Notes: generated from the sequence alone by a model not told the origin. A stretch of DNA of 64,000 bases from the human T2T-CHM13v2.0 reference genome, Homo sapiens (GCF_009914755.1 NC_060943.1); one strand, 5' to 3'. Numbered from the stretch's first letter, positions 1-13,481 are shown. Numbers and translations are program-made.

Positions 1-5
1 GAGGC

Positions 6-22
6 CTTCGTTGGAAACGGGA
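6..22 (+). promoter_or_regulatory. CENP-B box (first of about 189, one per dimer, B-type monomer)
   Basis: CTTCGTTGGAAACGGGA matches the canonical YTTCGTTGGAARCGGGA. It repeats at 346, 686, 1026 and onward every 340/341 bp up to 63953. Confidence 0.97.
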
Positions 23-47
23 TTTCTTCATATTCTGCTAGAGAGAA

Positions 48-53
48 GAATTC
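48..53. other. EcoRI site defining the classic 340-bp alphoid EcoRI dimer (periodic through 63995-64000)
   Basis: GAATTC at 48, 388, 728 and onward; lost at 50048 (CAATTC). Confidence 0.9.
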
Positions 54-174
54 TCAGTAACTTCATTGTGTTGTGTGTATTCAACTCACAGATTTCAACG
101 ATCCTTTACACAGAGCAGACTTGAAACACTCTTTTTCTGGAATTTGCAAGTGGAGATTTCAGCCGCTTTGAGGT

Positions 175-191
175 CAATGGTAGAATAGGAA
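175..191 (+). promoter_or_regulatory. A-box (pJ-alpha-type site) at the position homologous to the CENP-B box in the alternate A-type monomer; one per dimer
   Basis: TTGAGGTCAATGGTAGAATAGGAAATATCTTC aligns with TTGAGGCCTTCGTTGGAAACGGGATTTCTTC. A minority of dimers carry CAATGGTAGAAAAGGAA, closer to the A-type consensus. Confidence 0.7.
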
Positions 192-779
192 ATATCTTCC
201 TATAGAAACTAGACAGAATGATTCTCAGAAACTCCTTTGTGATGTGTGCATTCAAATCACAGAGTTTAACCTTTCTTTTCATAGAGCAGTTAGGAAACAC
301 TCTGTTTGTAAAGTCTGCAAGTGGATATTCAGACCTCCTTGAGGCCTTCGTTGGAAACGGGATTTCTACATATTATGCTAGACAGAAGAATTCTCAGTAA
401 CTTCCTTGTGTTGTGTGTATTCAACTCACAGAGTTGAACGATCCTTTACACAGAGCAGACTTGAAACACTCTTTTTGTGGAATTTGCAAGTGGAGATTTC
501 AGCCTCTTTGAGGTCAATGGTAGAATAGGAAATATCTTCCTATAGAAACTAGGCAGAATGATTCTGAGAAACTCCTTTGTGATGTGTGCATTCAACTCAC
601 AGAGTTTAACCTTTCTTTTCATAGAGCAGTTAGGAAACACTCTGCTTGTAAAGTCTGCAAGTGGATACTCAGACCTCCTTGAGGCCTTCGTTGGAAACGG
701 GATTTCTTCCTATTATGCTAGACAGAAGAATTCTCAGTAACTTCCTTGTGTTGTGTGTATTCAACTCACAGAGTTGAAT

Positions 780-3700
780 GATCCTTTACACAGAGCAGAC
801 TTGAAACACTCTTTTTGTGGAATTTGCAAGCGGAGATTTCAGCCGCTTTGAGTTCAATGGTAGAATAGGAAATATCTTCTTATAGAAACTAGACAGAATG
901 ATTCTCAGAAACTCCTTTGTGATGTGTGCGTTCAACTCACAGAGTTCAACCTTTCTGTTCATAGAGCAGTTGGGAAACACTCTGTTTGTAAAGTCTGCAA
1001 GTGGATATTCAGACTTCTTTGAGGCCTTCGTTGGAAGCGGGATTTCTTCATATTCTGCTTGACAGAAGAATTCTCAGTAACTTCCTTGTGTTGTGTGTAT
1101 TCAACTCACAGAGTTGAACGATCCTTTACACAGAGCAGACTTGAAACACTCTTTTTGTGGAATTTGCAAGTGGAGATTTCAGCCGCTTTGAGGTCAATGG
1201 TAGAATAGGAAATATCTTCCTATAGAAACTAGACAGAATGATTCTCAGAAACTCCTTTGTGATGTGTGCGTTCAACTCACAGAGTTTAACCTTTCTTTTC
1301 ATAGAGCAGTTAGGAAACACTCTGTTTGTAAAGTCTGCAAGTGGATATTCAGACATCCTTGAGGCTTTCGTTGGAAACGGGATTTCTTCATATTCTGCTA
1401 GAAAGAAGAATTCTCAGTAACTTCCTTGTGTTGTGTGTATTCAACTCACAGAGTTGAATGATCCTTTACACAGAACAGTCTTGAAACACTCTTTTTGTGG
1501 AATTTGCAAGTGGAGATTTCAGCCGCTTTGAGGTCAATGGTAGAATAGGAAATACCTTCCTATAGAAACTAGACAGAATGATTCTCAGAAACTCCTTTGT
1601 GATGTGTGCGTTCAACTCACAGAGTTTAACCTTTCTTTTCATAGAGCAGTTAGGAAACACTCTGTTTGTAAAGTCTGCAAGTGGATATTCAGACATCTTT
1701 GAGGCTTTCGTTGGAAACGGGATTTCTTCATATTCTGCTAGACAGAAGAATTCTCAGAAACTTCGTTGTGTTGTGTGTTTTCAACTCACAGAGTTCAACG
1801 ATCCTTTACACAGAGTAGATTTGAAACACTCTTTTTGTGGAATTGGCAGGGTGGAGATTTCAGCCGCTTTGAGGTCAATGGTAGAAAAGGAAATATCTTC
1901 GTATAAAAACTAGACAGAGTGATTCTCAGAAACTCCTTTGGGATGTCTGCGTTCAACTCACAGAGTTTAACCTTTCTTTTCATAGAGCAGTTAGGAAACA
2001 CTCTGTTTGTAAAGTCTGCAAGTGGATATTCAGACCTCCTTGAGGCCTTCGTTGGAAACGGGATTTCTTCATATTCTGCTATACAGAAGAATTCTCAGAA
2101 ACTTCCTTGTGTTGTGTGTATTCAACTCACAGAGTTGAACGATCGTTTACTTACAGCAGACTTGAGACACTCTTTTTGTGGAAATTGTAAGTGGAGATTT
2201 CAGCCGCTTTGAGGTCAATGGTAGAAAAGGAAATATCTTCATATAAAAACTAGACAGAATGATTCTCAGAAACTCCTTTGTGATGTGTGCGTTCAACTCA
2301 CAGAGTTTAACCTTTCTTTTCATAGAGCAGTTAGGAAACACTCTGTTTGTAAAGTCTGCAAGTGGATATTCAGACCTCTTTGAGGCCTTCGTTGGAAACG
2401 GGATTTCTTCATATTATGCTAGACAGAAGAATTCTCAGTAACTTCCTTGTGTTGTGTGTATTCAACTCACAGAGTTGAACGATCCTTTACACAGAGCAGA
2501 CTTGAAACACTCTTTTTGTGGAATTTGCAAGTGGAGATTTCAGCCGCTTTGAGGTCAATGGTAGAAAAGGAGACATCTTCGTATAAAAACTAGACAGAAT
2601 GATTCTCAGAAACTCCTTTGTGATGTGTGCGTTCAACTCACAGAGTTTAACCTTTCTTTTCATAGAGCAGTTAGGAAACACTCTGTTTGTAAAGTCTGCA
2701 AGTGGATATTCAGACCTCCTTGAGGCCTTCGTTGGAAACGGGATTTCTTCATATTATGCTAGACACAAGAATTCTCAGTAACTTCCTTGTGTTGTGTGTA
2801 TTCAACTCACAGAGTTGAACGATCCTTTACACAGAGCAGACTTGAAACACTCTTTTTGTGGAATTTGCAAGTGGAGATTTCAGCCGCTTTGAGTTCAATG
2901 GTAGAATAGGAAATATCTTCCTATAGAAACTAGACAGAATGATTCTCAGAAACTCCTTTGTGATGTGTGCGTTCAACTCACAGAGTTTAACCTTTCTTTT
3001 CATAGAGCAGTTAGGAAACACTCTGTTTGTAAAGTCTGCAAGTGGATATTCAGACATCTTTGAGGCTTTCGTTGGAAACGGGATTTCTTCATATTCTGCT
3101 AGACAGAAGAATTCTCAGTAACTTCCTTGTGTTGTGTGTATTCAACTCACAGAGTTGAACGATCCTTTACACAGAGCAGACTTGAAACACTCTTTTTGTG
3201 GAATTTGCAAGCGGAGATTTCAGCCGCTTTGAGTTCAATGGTAGAATAGGAAATATCTTCTTATAGAAACTAGACAGAATGATTCTCAGAAACTCCTTTG
3301 TGATGTGTGCGTTCAACTCACAGAGTTCAACCTTTCTGTTCATAGAGCAGTTGGGAAACACTCTGTTTGTAAAGTCTGCAAGTGGATATTCAGACTTCTT
3401 TGAGGCCTTCGTTGGAAGCGGGATTTCTTCATATTCTGCTTGACAGAAGAATTCTCAGTAACTTCCTTGTGTTGTGTGTATTCAACTCACAGAGTTGAAC
3501 GATCCTTTACACAGAGCAGACTTGAAACACTCTTTTTGTGGAATTTGCAAGTGGAGATTTCAGCCGCTTTGAGGTCAATGGTAGAATAGGAAATATCTTC
3601 CTATAGAAACTAGACAGAATGATTCTCAGAAACTCCTTTGTGATGTGTGCGTTCAACTCACAGAGTTTAACCTTTCTTTTCATAGAGCAGTTAGGAAACA

Positions 3701-5541
3701 CTCTGTTTGTAAAGTCTGCAAGTGGATATTCAGACATCCTTGAGGCTTTCGTTGGAAACGGGATTTCTTCATATTCTGCTAGAAAGAAGAATTCTCAGTA
3801 ACTTCCTTGTGTTGTGTGTATTCAACTCACAGAGTTGAATGATCCTTTACACAGAACAGTCTTGAAACACTCTTTTTGTGGAATTTGCAAGTGGAGATTT
3901 CAGCCGCTTTGAGGTCAATGGTAGAATAGGAAATACCTTCCTATAGAAACTAGACAGAATGATTCTCAGAAACTCCTTTGTGATGTGTGCGTTCAACTCA
4001 CAGAGTTTAACCTTTCTTTTCATAGAGCAGTTAGGAAACACTCTGTTTGTAAAGTCTGCAAGTGGATATTCAGACATCTTTGAGGCTTTCGTTGGAAACG
4101 GGATTTCTTCATATTCTGCTAGACAGAAGAATTCTCAGAAACTTCGTTGTGTTGTGTGTTTTCAACTCACAGAGTTCAACGATCCTTTACACAGAGTAGA
4201 TTTGAAACACTCTTTTTGTGGAATTGGCAGGGTGGAGATTTCAGCCGCTTTGAGGTCAATGGTAGAAAAGGAAATATCTTCGTATAAAAACTAGACAGAG
4301 TGATTCTCAGAAACTCCTTTGGGATGTCTGCGTTCAACTCACAGAGTTTAACCTTTCTTTTCATAGAGCAGTTAGGAAACACTCTGTTTGTAAAGTCTGC
4401 AAGTGGATATTCAGACCTCCTTGAGGCCTTCGTTGGAAACGGGATTTCTTCATATTCTGCTATACAGAAGAATTCTCAGAAACTTCCTTGTGTTGTGTGT
4501 ATTCAACTCACAGAGTTGAACGATCGTTTACTCACAGCAGACTTGAGACACTCTTTTTGTGGAAATTGTAAGTGGAGATTTCAGCCGCTTTGAGGTCAAT
4601 GGTAGAAAAGGAAATATCTTCATATAAAAACTAGACAGAATGATTCTCAGAAACTCCTTTGTGATGTGTGCGTTCAACTCACAGAGTTTAACCTTTCTTT
4701 TCATAGAGCAGTTAGGAAACACTCTGTTTGTAAAGTCTGCAAGTGGATATTCAGACCTCTTTGAGGCCTTCGTTGGAAACGGGATTTCTTCATATTATGC
4801 TAGACAGAAGAATTCTCAGTAACTTCCTTGTGTTGTGTGTATTCAACTCACAGAGTTGAACGATCCTTTACACAGAGCAGACTTGAAACACTCTTTTTGT
4901 GGAATTTGCAAGTGGAGATTTCAGCCGCTTTGAGGTCAATGGTAGAAAAGGAGACATCTTCGTATAAAAACTAGACAGAATGATTCTCAGAAACTCCTTT
5001 GTGATGTGTGCGTTCAACTCACAGAGTTTAACCTTTCTTTTCATAGAGCAGTTAGGAAACACTCTGTTTGTAAAGTCTGCAAGTGGATATTCAGACCTCC
5101 TTGAGGCCTTCGTTGGAAACGGGATTTCTTCATATTATGCTAGACACAAGAATTCTCAGTAACTTCCTTGTGTTGTGTGTATTCAACTCACAGAGTTGAA
5201 CGATCCTTTACACAGAGCAGACTTGAAACACTCTTTTTGTGGAATTTGCAAGTGGAGATTTCAGCCGCTTTGAGTTCAATGGTAGAATAGGAAATATCTT
5301 CCTATAGAAACTAGACAGAATGATTCTCAGAAACTCCTTTGTGATGTGTGCGTTCAACTCACAGAGTTTAACCTTTCTTTTCATAGAGCAGTTAGGAAAC
5401 ACTCTGTTTGTAAAGTCTGCAAGTGGATATTCAGACATCTTTGAGGCTTTCGTTGGAAACGGGATTTCTTCATATTCTGCTAGACAGAAGAATTCTCAGT
5501 AACTTCCTTGTGTTGTGTGTATTCAACTCACAGAGTTGAAC
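780..5541 (+). repeat. Tandem duplication, 2 x 2381 bp (7 dimers)
   Basis: Markers recur at +2381: GCAAGCGG (831/3212), CTTTCTGTTC, GGAAATTGTAAG, GGAGACATC, and private T at 2151/4532. ORF pairs 1578/3959, 1919/4300, 2599/4980. Junction lies between 3161 and 3211. Confidence 0.9.
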
Positions 5542-7177
5542 GATCCTTTACACAGAGCAGACTTGAAACACTCTTTTTGTGGAATTTGCAAGTGGAGATT
5601 TCAGCCGCTTTGTGGTCAATGGTAGAATAGGAAATATCTTCCTATAGAAACTAGACAGAATGATTCTCAGAAACTCCTTTGTGATGTGTGCGTTCAACTC
5701 ACAGAGTTTAACCTTTCTTTTCATAGAGCAGTTAGGAAACACTCTGTTTGTAAAGTCTGCAAGTGGATATTCAGACATCTTTGAGGCTTTCGTTGGAAAC
5801 GGGATTTCTTCATATTCTGCTAGACAGAAGAATTCTCAGTAACTTCCTTCTGTTGTGTGTATTCAACTCACAGAGTTGAACGATCCTTTACACAGAGCAG
5901 ACTTGAAACACTCTTTTTGTGGAATTTGCAAGTGGAGATTTCAGCCGCTTTGAGGTCAATGGTAGAATAGGAAATATCTTCCTATAGAAACTAGACAGAA
6001 TGATTCTCAGAAACTCCTTTGTGATGTGTGCGTTCAACTCACAGAGTTTAACCTTTCTTTTCATAGAGCAGTTAGGAAACACTCTGTTTGTAAAGTCTGC
6101 AAGTGGATATTCAGACATCCTTGAGGCTTTCGTTGGAAACGGGATTTCTTCATATTCTGCTAGAAAGAAGAATTCTCAGTAACTTCCTTGTGTTGTGTGT
6201 ATTCAACTCACAGAGTTGAATGATCCTTTACACAGAACAGTCTTGAAACACTCTTTTTGTGGAATTTGCTAGTGGAGATTTCAGCCGCTTTGATGTCAAT
6301 GGTAGAATAGGAAATATCTTCCTATAGAAACTAGACAGAATGATTCTCAGAAACTCCTTTGTGATGTGTGCGTTCAACTCACAGAGTTTAACCTTTCTTT
6401 TCATAGAGCAGTTAGGAAACACTCTGTTTGTAAAGTCTGCAAGTGGATATTCAGACATCTTTGAGGCTTTCGTTGGAAACGGGATTTCTTCATATTCTGC
6501 AAGACAGAAGAATTCTCAGAAACTTCGTTGTGTTGTGTGTTTTCAACTCACAGAGTTCAAAGATCCTTTACACAGAGTAGACTTGAAACACTCTTTTTGT
6601 GGAATTGGCAGGGTGGAGATTTCAGCCGCTTTGAGGTCAATGGTAGAAAAGGAAATATCTTCGTATAAAAACTAGACAGAGTGATTCTCAGAAACTCCTT
6701 TGTGATGTCTGCGTTTAACTCACAGAGTTTAACCTTTCTTTTCATAGAGCAGATAGGAAACACTCTGTTTGTAAAGTCTGCAAGTGGATATTCAGACCTC
6801 CTTGAGGCCTTCGTTGGAAACGGGATTTCTTCATATTATGCTAGACAGAAGAATTCTCAGTAACTTCCTTGTGTTGTGTGTATTCAACTCACAGAGTTGA
6901 ACGATCCTTTACACAGAGCAGACTTGAAACACTCTTTTTGTGGAATTTGCAAGTGGAGATTTCAGCCGCTTTGAGGTCAATGGTAGAATAGGAAATATCT
7001 TCCTATAGAAACTAGACAGAATGATTCTCAGAAACTCCTTTGTGATGTGTGCGTTCAACTCACAGAGTTTAACCTTTCTTTTCATAGAGCAGTTAGGAAA
7101 CACTCTGTTTGTAAAGTCTGCAAGTGGATACTCAGACCTCCTTGAGGCCTTCGTTGGAAACGGGATTTCTTCATATT

Positions 7178-10100
7178 ATGCTAGACAGAAGAATTCTCAG
7201 AAACTTCCTTGTGTTGTGTGTATTCAACTCATAGAGTTGAACGATCCTTTACACAGAGCAGACTTGAAACACTCTTTTTGTGGAATTTGCAAGTGGAGAT
7301 TTCAGCCGCTTTGAGTTCAATGGTAGAATAGGAAATATCTTCCTATAGAAACTAGACAGAATGATTCTCAGAAACTCCTTTGTGATGTGTGCGTTCAACT
7401 CACAGAGTTCAACCTTTCTTTTCATAGAGCAGTTGGGAAAAACTCTGTTTGTAAAGTCTGCAAGTGGATATTCAGACTTCTTTGAGGCCTTCGTTGGAAG
7501 CGGGGTTTCTTCATATTCTCCTAGACAGAAGAATTCTCAGTAACTTCCTTGTGTTGTGTGTATTCAACTCACAGAGTTGAACGATCCTTTACACAGAGCA
7601 GACTTGAAACACTCTTTTTGTGGAATTTGCAAGTGGAGATTTCAGCCGCTTTGAGGTCAATGGTAGAATAGGAAATATCTTCCTATGGAAACTAGACAGA
7701 ATGATTCTCAGAAACTCCTTTGTGATGTGTGCGTTCAACTCACAGAGTTTAACCTTTCTTTTCATAGAGCAGTTAGGAAACACTCTGTTTGTAAAGTCTG
7801 CAAGTGGATATTCAGACATCCTTGAGGCTTTCGTTGGAAACGGGATTTCTTCATATTCTGCTAGAAAGAAGAATTCTCAGTAACTTCCTTGTGTTGTGTG
7901 TATTCAACTCACAGAGTTGAACGATCCTTTACACAGAGCAGACTTGAAACACTCTTTTTGTGGAATTTGCAAGTGGAGATATCAGCCGCTTTGAGGTCAA
8001 TGGTAGAATAGGAAATATCTTCCTATAGAAACTAGACAGAATGATTCTCAGAAACTCCTTTGTGATGTGTGCGTTCAACTCACAGAGTTTAACCTTTCTT
8101 TTCATAGAGCAGTTAGGAAACACTCTGTTTGTAAAGTCTGCAAGTGGATATTCAGTCATCTTTGAGGCCTTCGTTGGAAACGGGATTTCTTCATGTTCTG
8201 CTAGACAGAAGAATTCTCAGAAACTTCCTTGTGTTGAGTGTTTTCAACTCACAGAGTTGAACGATGCTTTACACAGAGTAGACTTGAAACACTCTTTTTG
8301 TGTAATTTGCAAGTGGAGATTTCAGCCGCTTTGAGGTCAATGGTAGAAAAGGAAATATCTTCGTATAAAAACTAGACAGAATGATTCTCAGAAACTCCTT
8401 TGTGATGTGTGCGTTCAACTCACAGAGTTTAACCTTTCTTTTCATAGAGCAGTTAGGAAACACTCTGTTTGTAAAGTCTGCAAGTGGATATACAGACCTC
8501 TTTGAGGCCTTCGTTGGAAACGGGATTTCTTCATATTCTGCTAGAGAGAAGAATTCTCAGTAACTTCATTGTGTTGTGTGTATTCAACTCACAGAGTTGA
8601 ACGATCCTTTACACAGAGCAGACTTGAAACACTCTTTTTCTGGAATTTGCAAGTGGAGATATCAGCCGCTTTGAGGTCAATGGTAGAATAGGAAATATCT
8701 TCCTATAGAAACTAGACAGAATGATTCTCAGAAACTCCTTTGTGATGTGTGCGTTCAACTCACAGAGTTTAACCTTTCTTTTCATAGAGCAGTTAGGAAA
8801 CACTCTGTTTGTAAAGTCTGCAAGTGGATATTCAGACCTCCTTGAGGCCTTCGTTGGAAACGGGATTTCTACATATTATGCTAGACAGAAGAATTCTCAG
8901 TAACTTCCTTGTGTTGTGTGTATTCAACTCACAGAGTTGAACGATCCTTTACACAGAGCAGACTTGAAACACTCTTTTTGTGGAATTTGCAAGTGGAGAT
9001 TTCAGCCTCTTTGAGGTCAATGGTAGAATAGGAAATATCTTCCTATAGAAACTAGACAGAATGATTCTGAGAAACTCCTTTGTGATGTGTGCATTCAACT
9101 CACAGAGTTTAACCTTTCTTTTCATAGAGCAGTTAGGAAACACTCTGCTTGTAAAGTCTGCAAGTGGATACTCAGACCTCCTTGAGGCCTTCGTTGGAAA
9201 CGGGATTTCTTCCTATTATGCTAGACAGAAGAATTCTCAGTAACTTCCTTGTGTTGTGTGTATTCAACTCACAGAGTTGAATGATCCTTTACACAGAGCA
9301 GACTTGAAACACTCTTTTTGTGGAATTTGCAAGCGGAGATTTCAGCCGCTTTGAGTTCAATGGTAGAATAGGAAATATCTTCTTATAGAAACTAGACAGA
9401 ATGATTCTCAGAAACTCCTTTCTGATGTGTGCGTTCAACTCACAGAGTTCAACCTTTCTTTTCATAGAGCAGTTGGGAAACACTCTGTTTGTAAAGTCTG
9501 CAAGTGGATATTCAGACTTCTTTTAGGCCTTCGTTGGAAGCGGGATTTCTTCATATTCTGCTTCACAGAAGAATTCTCAGTAACTTCCTTGTGTTGTGTG
9601 TATTCAACTCACAGAGTTGAACGATCCTTTACACAGAGCAGACTTGAAACACTCTTTTTGTGGAATTTGCAAGTGGAGATTTCAGCCGCTTTGAGGTCAA
9701 TGGTAGAATAGGAAATATCTTCCTATAGAAACTAGACAGAATGATTCTCAGAAACTCCTTTGTGATGTGTGCGTTCAACTCACAGAGTTTAACCTTTCTT
9801 TTCATAGAGCAGTTAGGAAACACTCTGTTTGTAAAGTCTGCAAGTGGATATTCAGACCTCCTTGAGGCTTTCGTTGGAAACGGGATTTCTTCATATTCTG
9901 CTAGAAAGAAGAATTCTCAGTAACTTCCTTGTGTTGTGTGTATTCAACTCACAGAGTTGAATGATCCTTTACACAGAACAGTCTTGAAACACTCTTTTTG
10001 TGGAATTTGCAAGTGGAGATTTCAGCCGCTTTGAGGTCAATGGTAGAATAGGAAATACCTTCCTATAGAAACTAGACAGAATGATTCTCAGAAACTCCTT

Positions 10101-13100
10101 TGTGATGTGTGCGTTCAACTCACAGAGTTTAACCTTTCTTTTCATAGAGCAGTTAGGAAACACTCTGTTTGTAAAGTCTGCAAGTGGATATTCAGACATC
10201 TTTGAGGCTTTCGTTGGAAACGGGATTTCTTCATATTATGCTAGACAGAAGAATTCTCAGAAACTTCCTTGTGTTGTGTGTATTCAACTCACAGAGTTGA
10301 ACGATCCTTTACACAGAGCAGACTTGAAACACTCTTTTTGTGGAATTTGCAAGTGGAGATTTCAGCCGCTTTGAGTTCAATGGTAGAATAGGAAATATCT
10401 TCCTATAGAAACTAGACAGAATGATTCTCAGAAACTCCTTTGTGATGTGTGCGTTCAACTCACAGAGTTCAACCTTTCTTTTCATAGAGCAGTTGGGAAA
10501 AACTCTGTTTGTAAAGTCTGCAAGTGGATATTCAGACTTCTTTGAGGCCTTCGTTGGAAGCGGGGTTTCTTCATATTCTCCTAGACAGAAGAATTCTCAG
10601 TAACTTCCTTGTGTTGTGTGTATTCAACTCACAGAGTTGAACGATCCTTTACACAGAGCAGACTTGAAACACTCTTTTTGTGGAATTTGCAAGTGGAGAT
10701 TTCAGCCGCTTTGAGGTCAATGGTAGAATAGGAAATATCTTCCTATGGAAACTAGACAGAATGATTCTCAGAAACTCCTTTGTGATGTGTGCGTTCAACT
10801 CACAGAGTTTAACCTTTCTTTTCATAGAGCAGTTAGGAAACACTCTGTTTGTAAAGTCTGCAAGTGGATATTCAGACATCCTTGAGGCTTTCGTTGGAAA
10901 CGGGATTTCTTCATATTCTGCTAGAAAGAAGAATTCTCAGTAACTTCCTTGTGTTGTGTGTATTCAACTCACAGAGTTGAACGATCCTTTACACAGAGCA
11001 GACTTGAAACACTCTTTTTGTGGAATTTGCAAGTGGAGATATCAGCCGCTTTGAGGTCAATGGTAGAATAGGAAATATCTTCCTATAGAAACTAGACAGA
11101 ATGATTCTCAGAAACTCCTTTGTGATGTGTGCGTTCAACTCACAGAGTTTAACCTTTCTTTTCATAGAGCAGTTAGGAAACACTCTGTTTGTAAAGTCTG
11201 CAAGTGGATATTCAGTCATCTTTGAGGCCTTCGTTGGAAACGGGATTTCTTCATGTTCTGCTAGACAGAAGAATTCTCAGAAACTTCCTTGTGTTGAGTG
11301 TTTTCAACTCACAGAGTTGAACGATGCTTTACACAGAGTAGACTTGAAACACTCTTTTTGTGTAATTTGCAAGTGGAGATTTCAGCCGCTTTGAGGTCAA
11401 TGGTAGAAAAGGAAATATCTTCGTATAAAAACTAGACAGAATGATTCTCAGAAACTCCTTTGTGATGTGTGCGTTCAACTCACAGAGTTTAACCTTTCTT
11501 TTCATAGAGCAGTTAGGAAACACTCTGTTTGTAAAGTCTGCAAGTGGATATACAGACCTCTTTGAGGCCTTCGTTGGAAACGGGATTTCTTCATATTCTG
11601 CTAGAGAGAAGAATTCTCAGTAACTTCATTGTGTTGTGTGTATTCAACTCACAGATTTCAACGATCCTTTACACAGAGCAGACTTGAAACACTCTTTTTC
11701 TGGAATTTGCAAGTGGAGATTTCAGCCGCTTTGAGGTCAATGGTAGAATAGGAAATATCTTCCTATGGAAACTAGACAGAATGATTCTCAGAAACTCCTT
11801 TGTGATGTGTGCGTTCAACTCACAGAGTTTAACCTTTCTTTTCATAGAGCAGTTAGGAAACACTCTGTTTGTAAAGTCTGCAAGTGGATATTCAGACCTC
11901 CTTGAGGCCTTCGTTGGAAACGGGATTTCTACATATTATGCTAGACAGAAGAATTCTCAGTAACTTCCTTGTGTTGTGTGTATTCAACTCACAGAGTTGA
12001 ACGATAATTTACACAGAGCAGACTTGAAACACTCTTTTTGTGGAATTTGCAAGTGGAGATTTCAGCCTCTTTGAGGTCAATGGTAGAATAGGAAATATCT
12101 TCCTATAGAAACTAGACAGAATGATTCTGAGAAACTCCTTTGTGATGTGTGCATTCAACTCACAGAGTTTAACCTTTCTTTTCATAGAGCAGTTAGGAAA
12201 CACTCTGCTTGTAAAGTCTGCAAGTGGATACTCAGACCTCCTTGAGGCCTTCGTTGGAAACGGGATTTCTTCCTATTATGCTAGACAGAAGAATTCTCAG
12301 TAACTTCCTTGTGTTGTGTGTATTCAACTCACAGAGTTGAATGATCCTTTACACAGAGCAGACTTGAAACACTCTTTTTGTGGAATTTGCAAGCGGAGAT
12401 TTCAGCCGCTTTGAGTTCAATGGTAGAATAGGAAATATCTTCTTATAGAAACTAGACAGAATGATTCTCAGAAACTCCTTTCTGATGTGTGCGTTCAACT
12501 CACAGAGTTCAACCTTTCTTTTCATAGAGCAGTTGGGAAACACTCTGTTTGTAAAGTCTGCAAGTGGATATTCAGACTTCTTTGAGGCCTTCGTTGGAAG
12601 CGGGATTTCTTCATATTCTGCTTCACAGAAGAATTCTCAGTAACTTCCTTGTGTTGTGTGTATTCAACTCACAGAGTTGAACGATCCTTTACACAGAGCA
12701 GACTTGAAACACTCTTTTTGTGGAATTTGCAAGTGGAGATTTCAGCCGCTTTGAGGTCAATGGTAGAATAGGAAATATCTTCCTATAGAAACTAGACAGA
12801 ATGATTCTCAGAAACTCCTTTGTGATGTGTGCGTTCAACTCACAGAGTTTAACCTTTCTTTTCATAGAGCAGTTAGGAAACACTCTGTTTGTAAAGTCTG
12901 CAAGTGGATATTCAGACATCCTTGAGGCTTTCGTTGGAAACGGGATTTCTTCATATTCTGCTAGAAAGAAGAATTCTCAGTAACTTCCTTGTGTTGTGTG
13001 TATTCAACTCACAGAGTTGAATGATCCTTTACACAGAACAGTCTTGAAACACTCTTTTTGTGGAATTTGCTAGTGGAGATTTCAGCCGCTTTGAGGTCAA

Positions 13101-13297
13101 TGGTAGAATAGGAAATACCTTCCTATAGAAACTAGACAGAATGATTCTCAGAAACTCCTTTGTGATGTGTGCGTTCAACTCACAGAGTTTAACCTTTCTT
13201 TTCATAGAGCAGTTAGGAAACACTCTGTTTGTAAAGTCTGCAAGTGGATATTCAGACATCTTTGAGGCTTTCGTTGGAAACGGGATTTCTTCATATT
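7178..13297 (+). repeat. Tandem duplication, 2 x 3060 bp (9 dimers)
   Basis: ORF and marker pairs 7361/10421, 7620/10680 (CTATGGAA), 8041/11101 (TCAGTCATC), 8381/11441, 9061/12121, 9401/12461 (CTTCACAG). Chimeric dimer at 10081 has its junction at 10210-10237. Confidence 0.9.
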
Positions 13298-13481
13298 CTG
13301 CTAGACAGAAGAATTCTCAGAAACTTCGTTGTGTTGTGTGTTTTCAACTCACAGAGTTCAACGATCCTTTACACAGAGTAGATTTGAAACACTCTTTTTG
13401 TGGAATTGGCAGGGTGGAGATTTCAGCCGCTTTGAGGTCAATGGTAGAAAAGGAAATATCTTCGTATAAAAACTAGACAGA

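Noticed and set aside
1902-1908. TATA-like TATAAAA in the minority A monomers
   Set aside because: It is part of the ordinary alphoid consensus, and nothing in the sequence supports promoter function.
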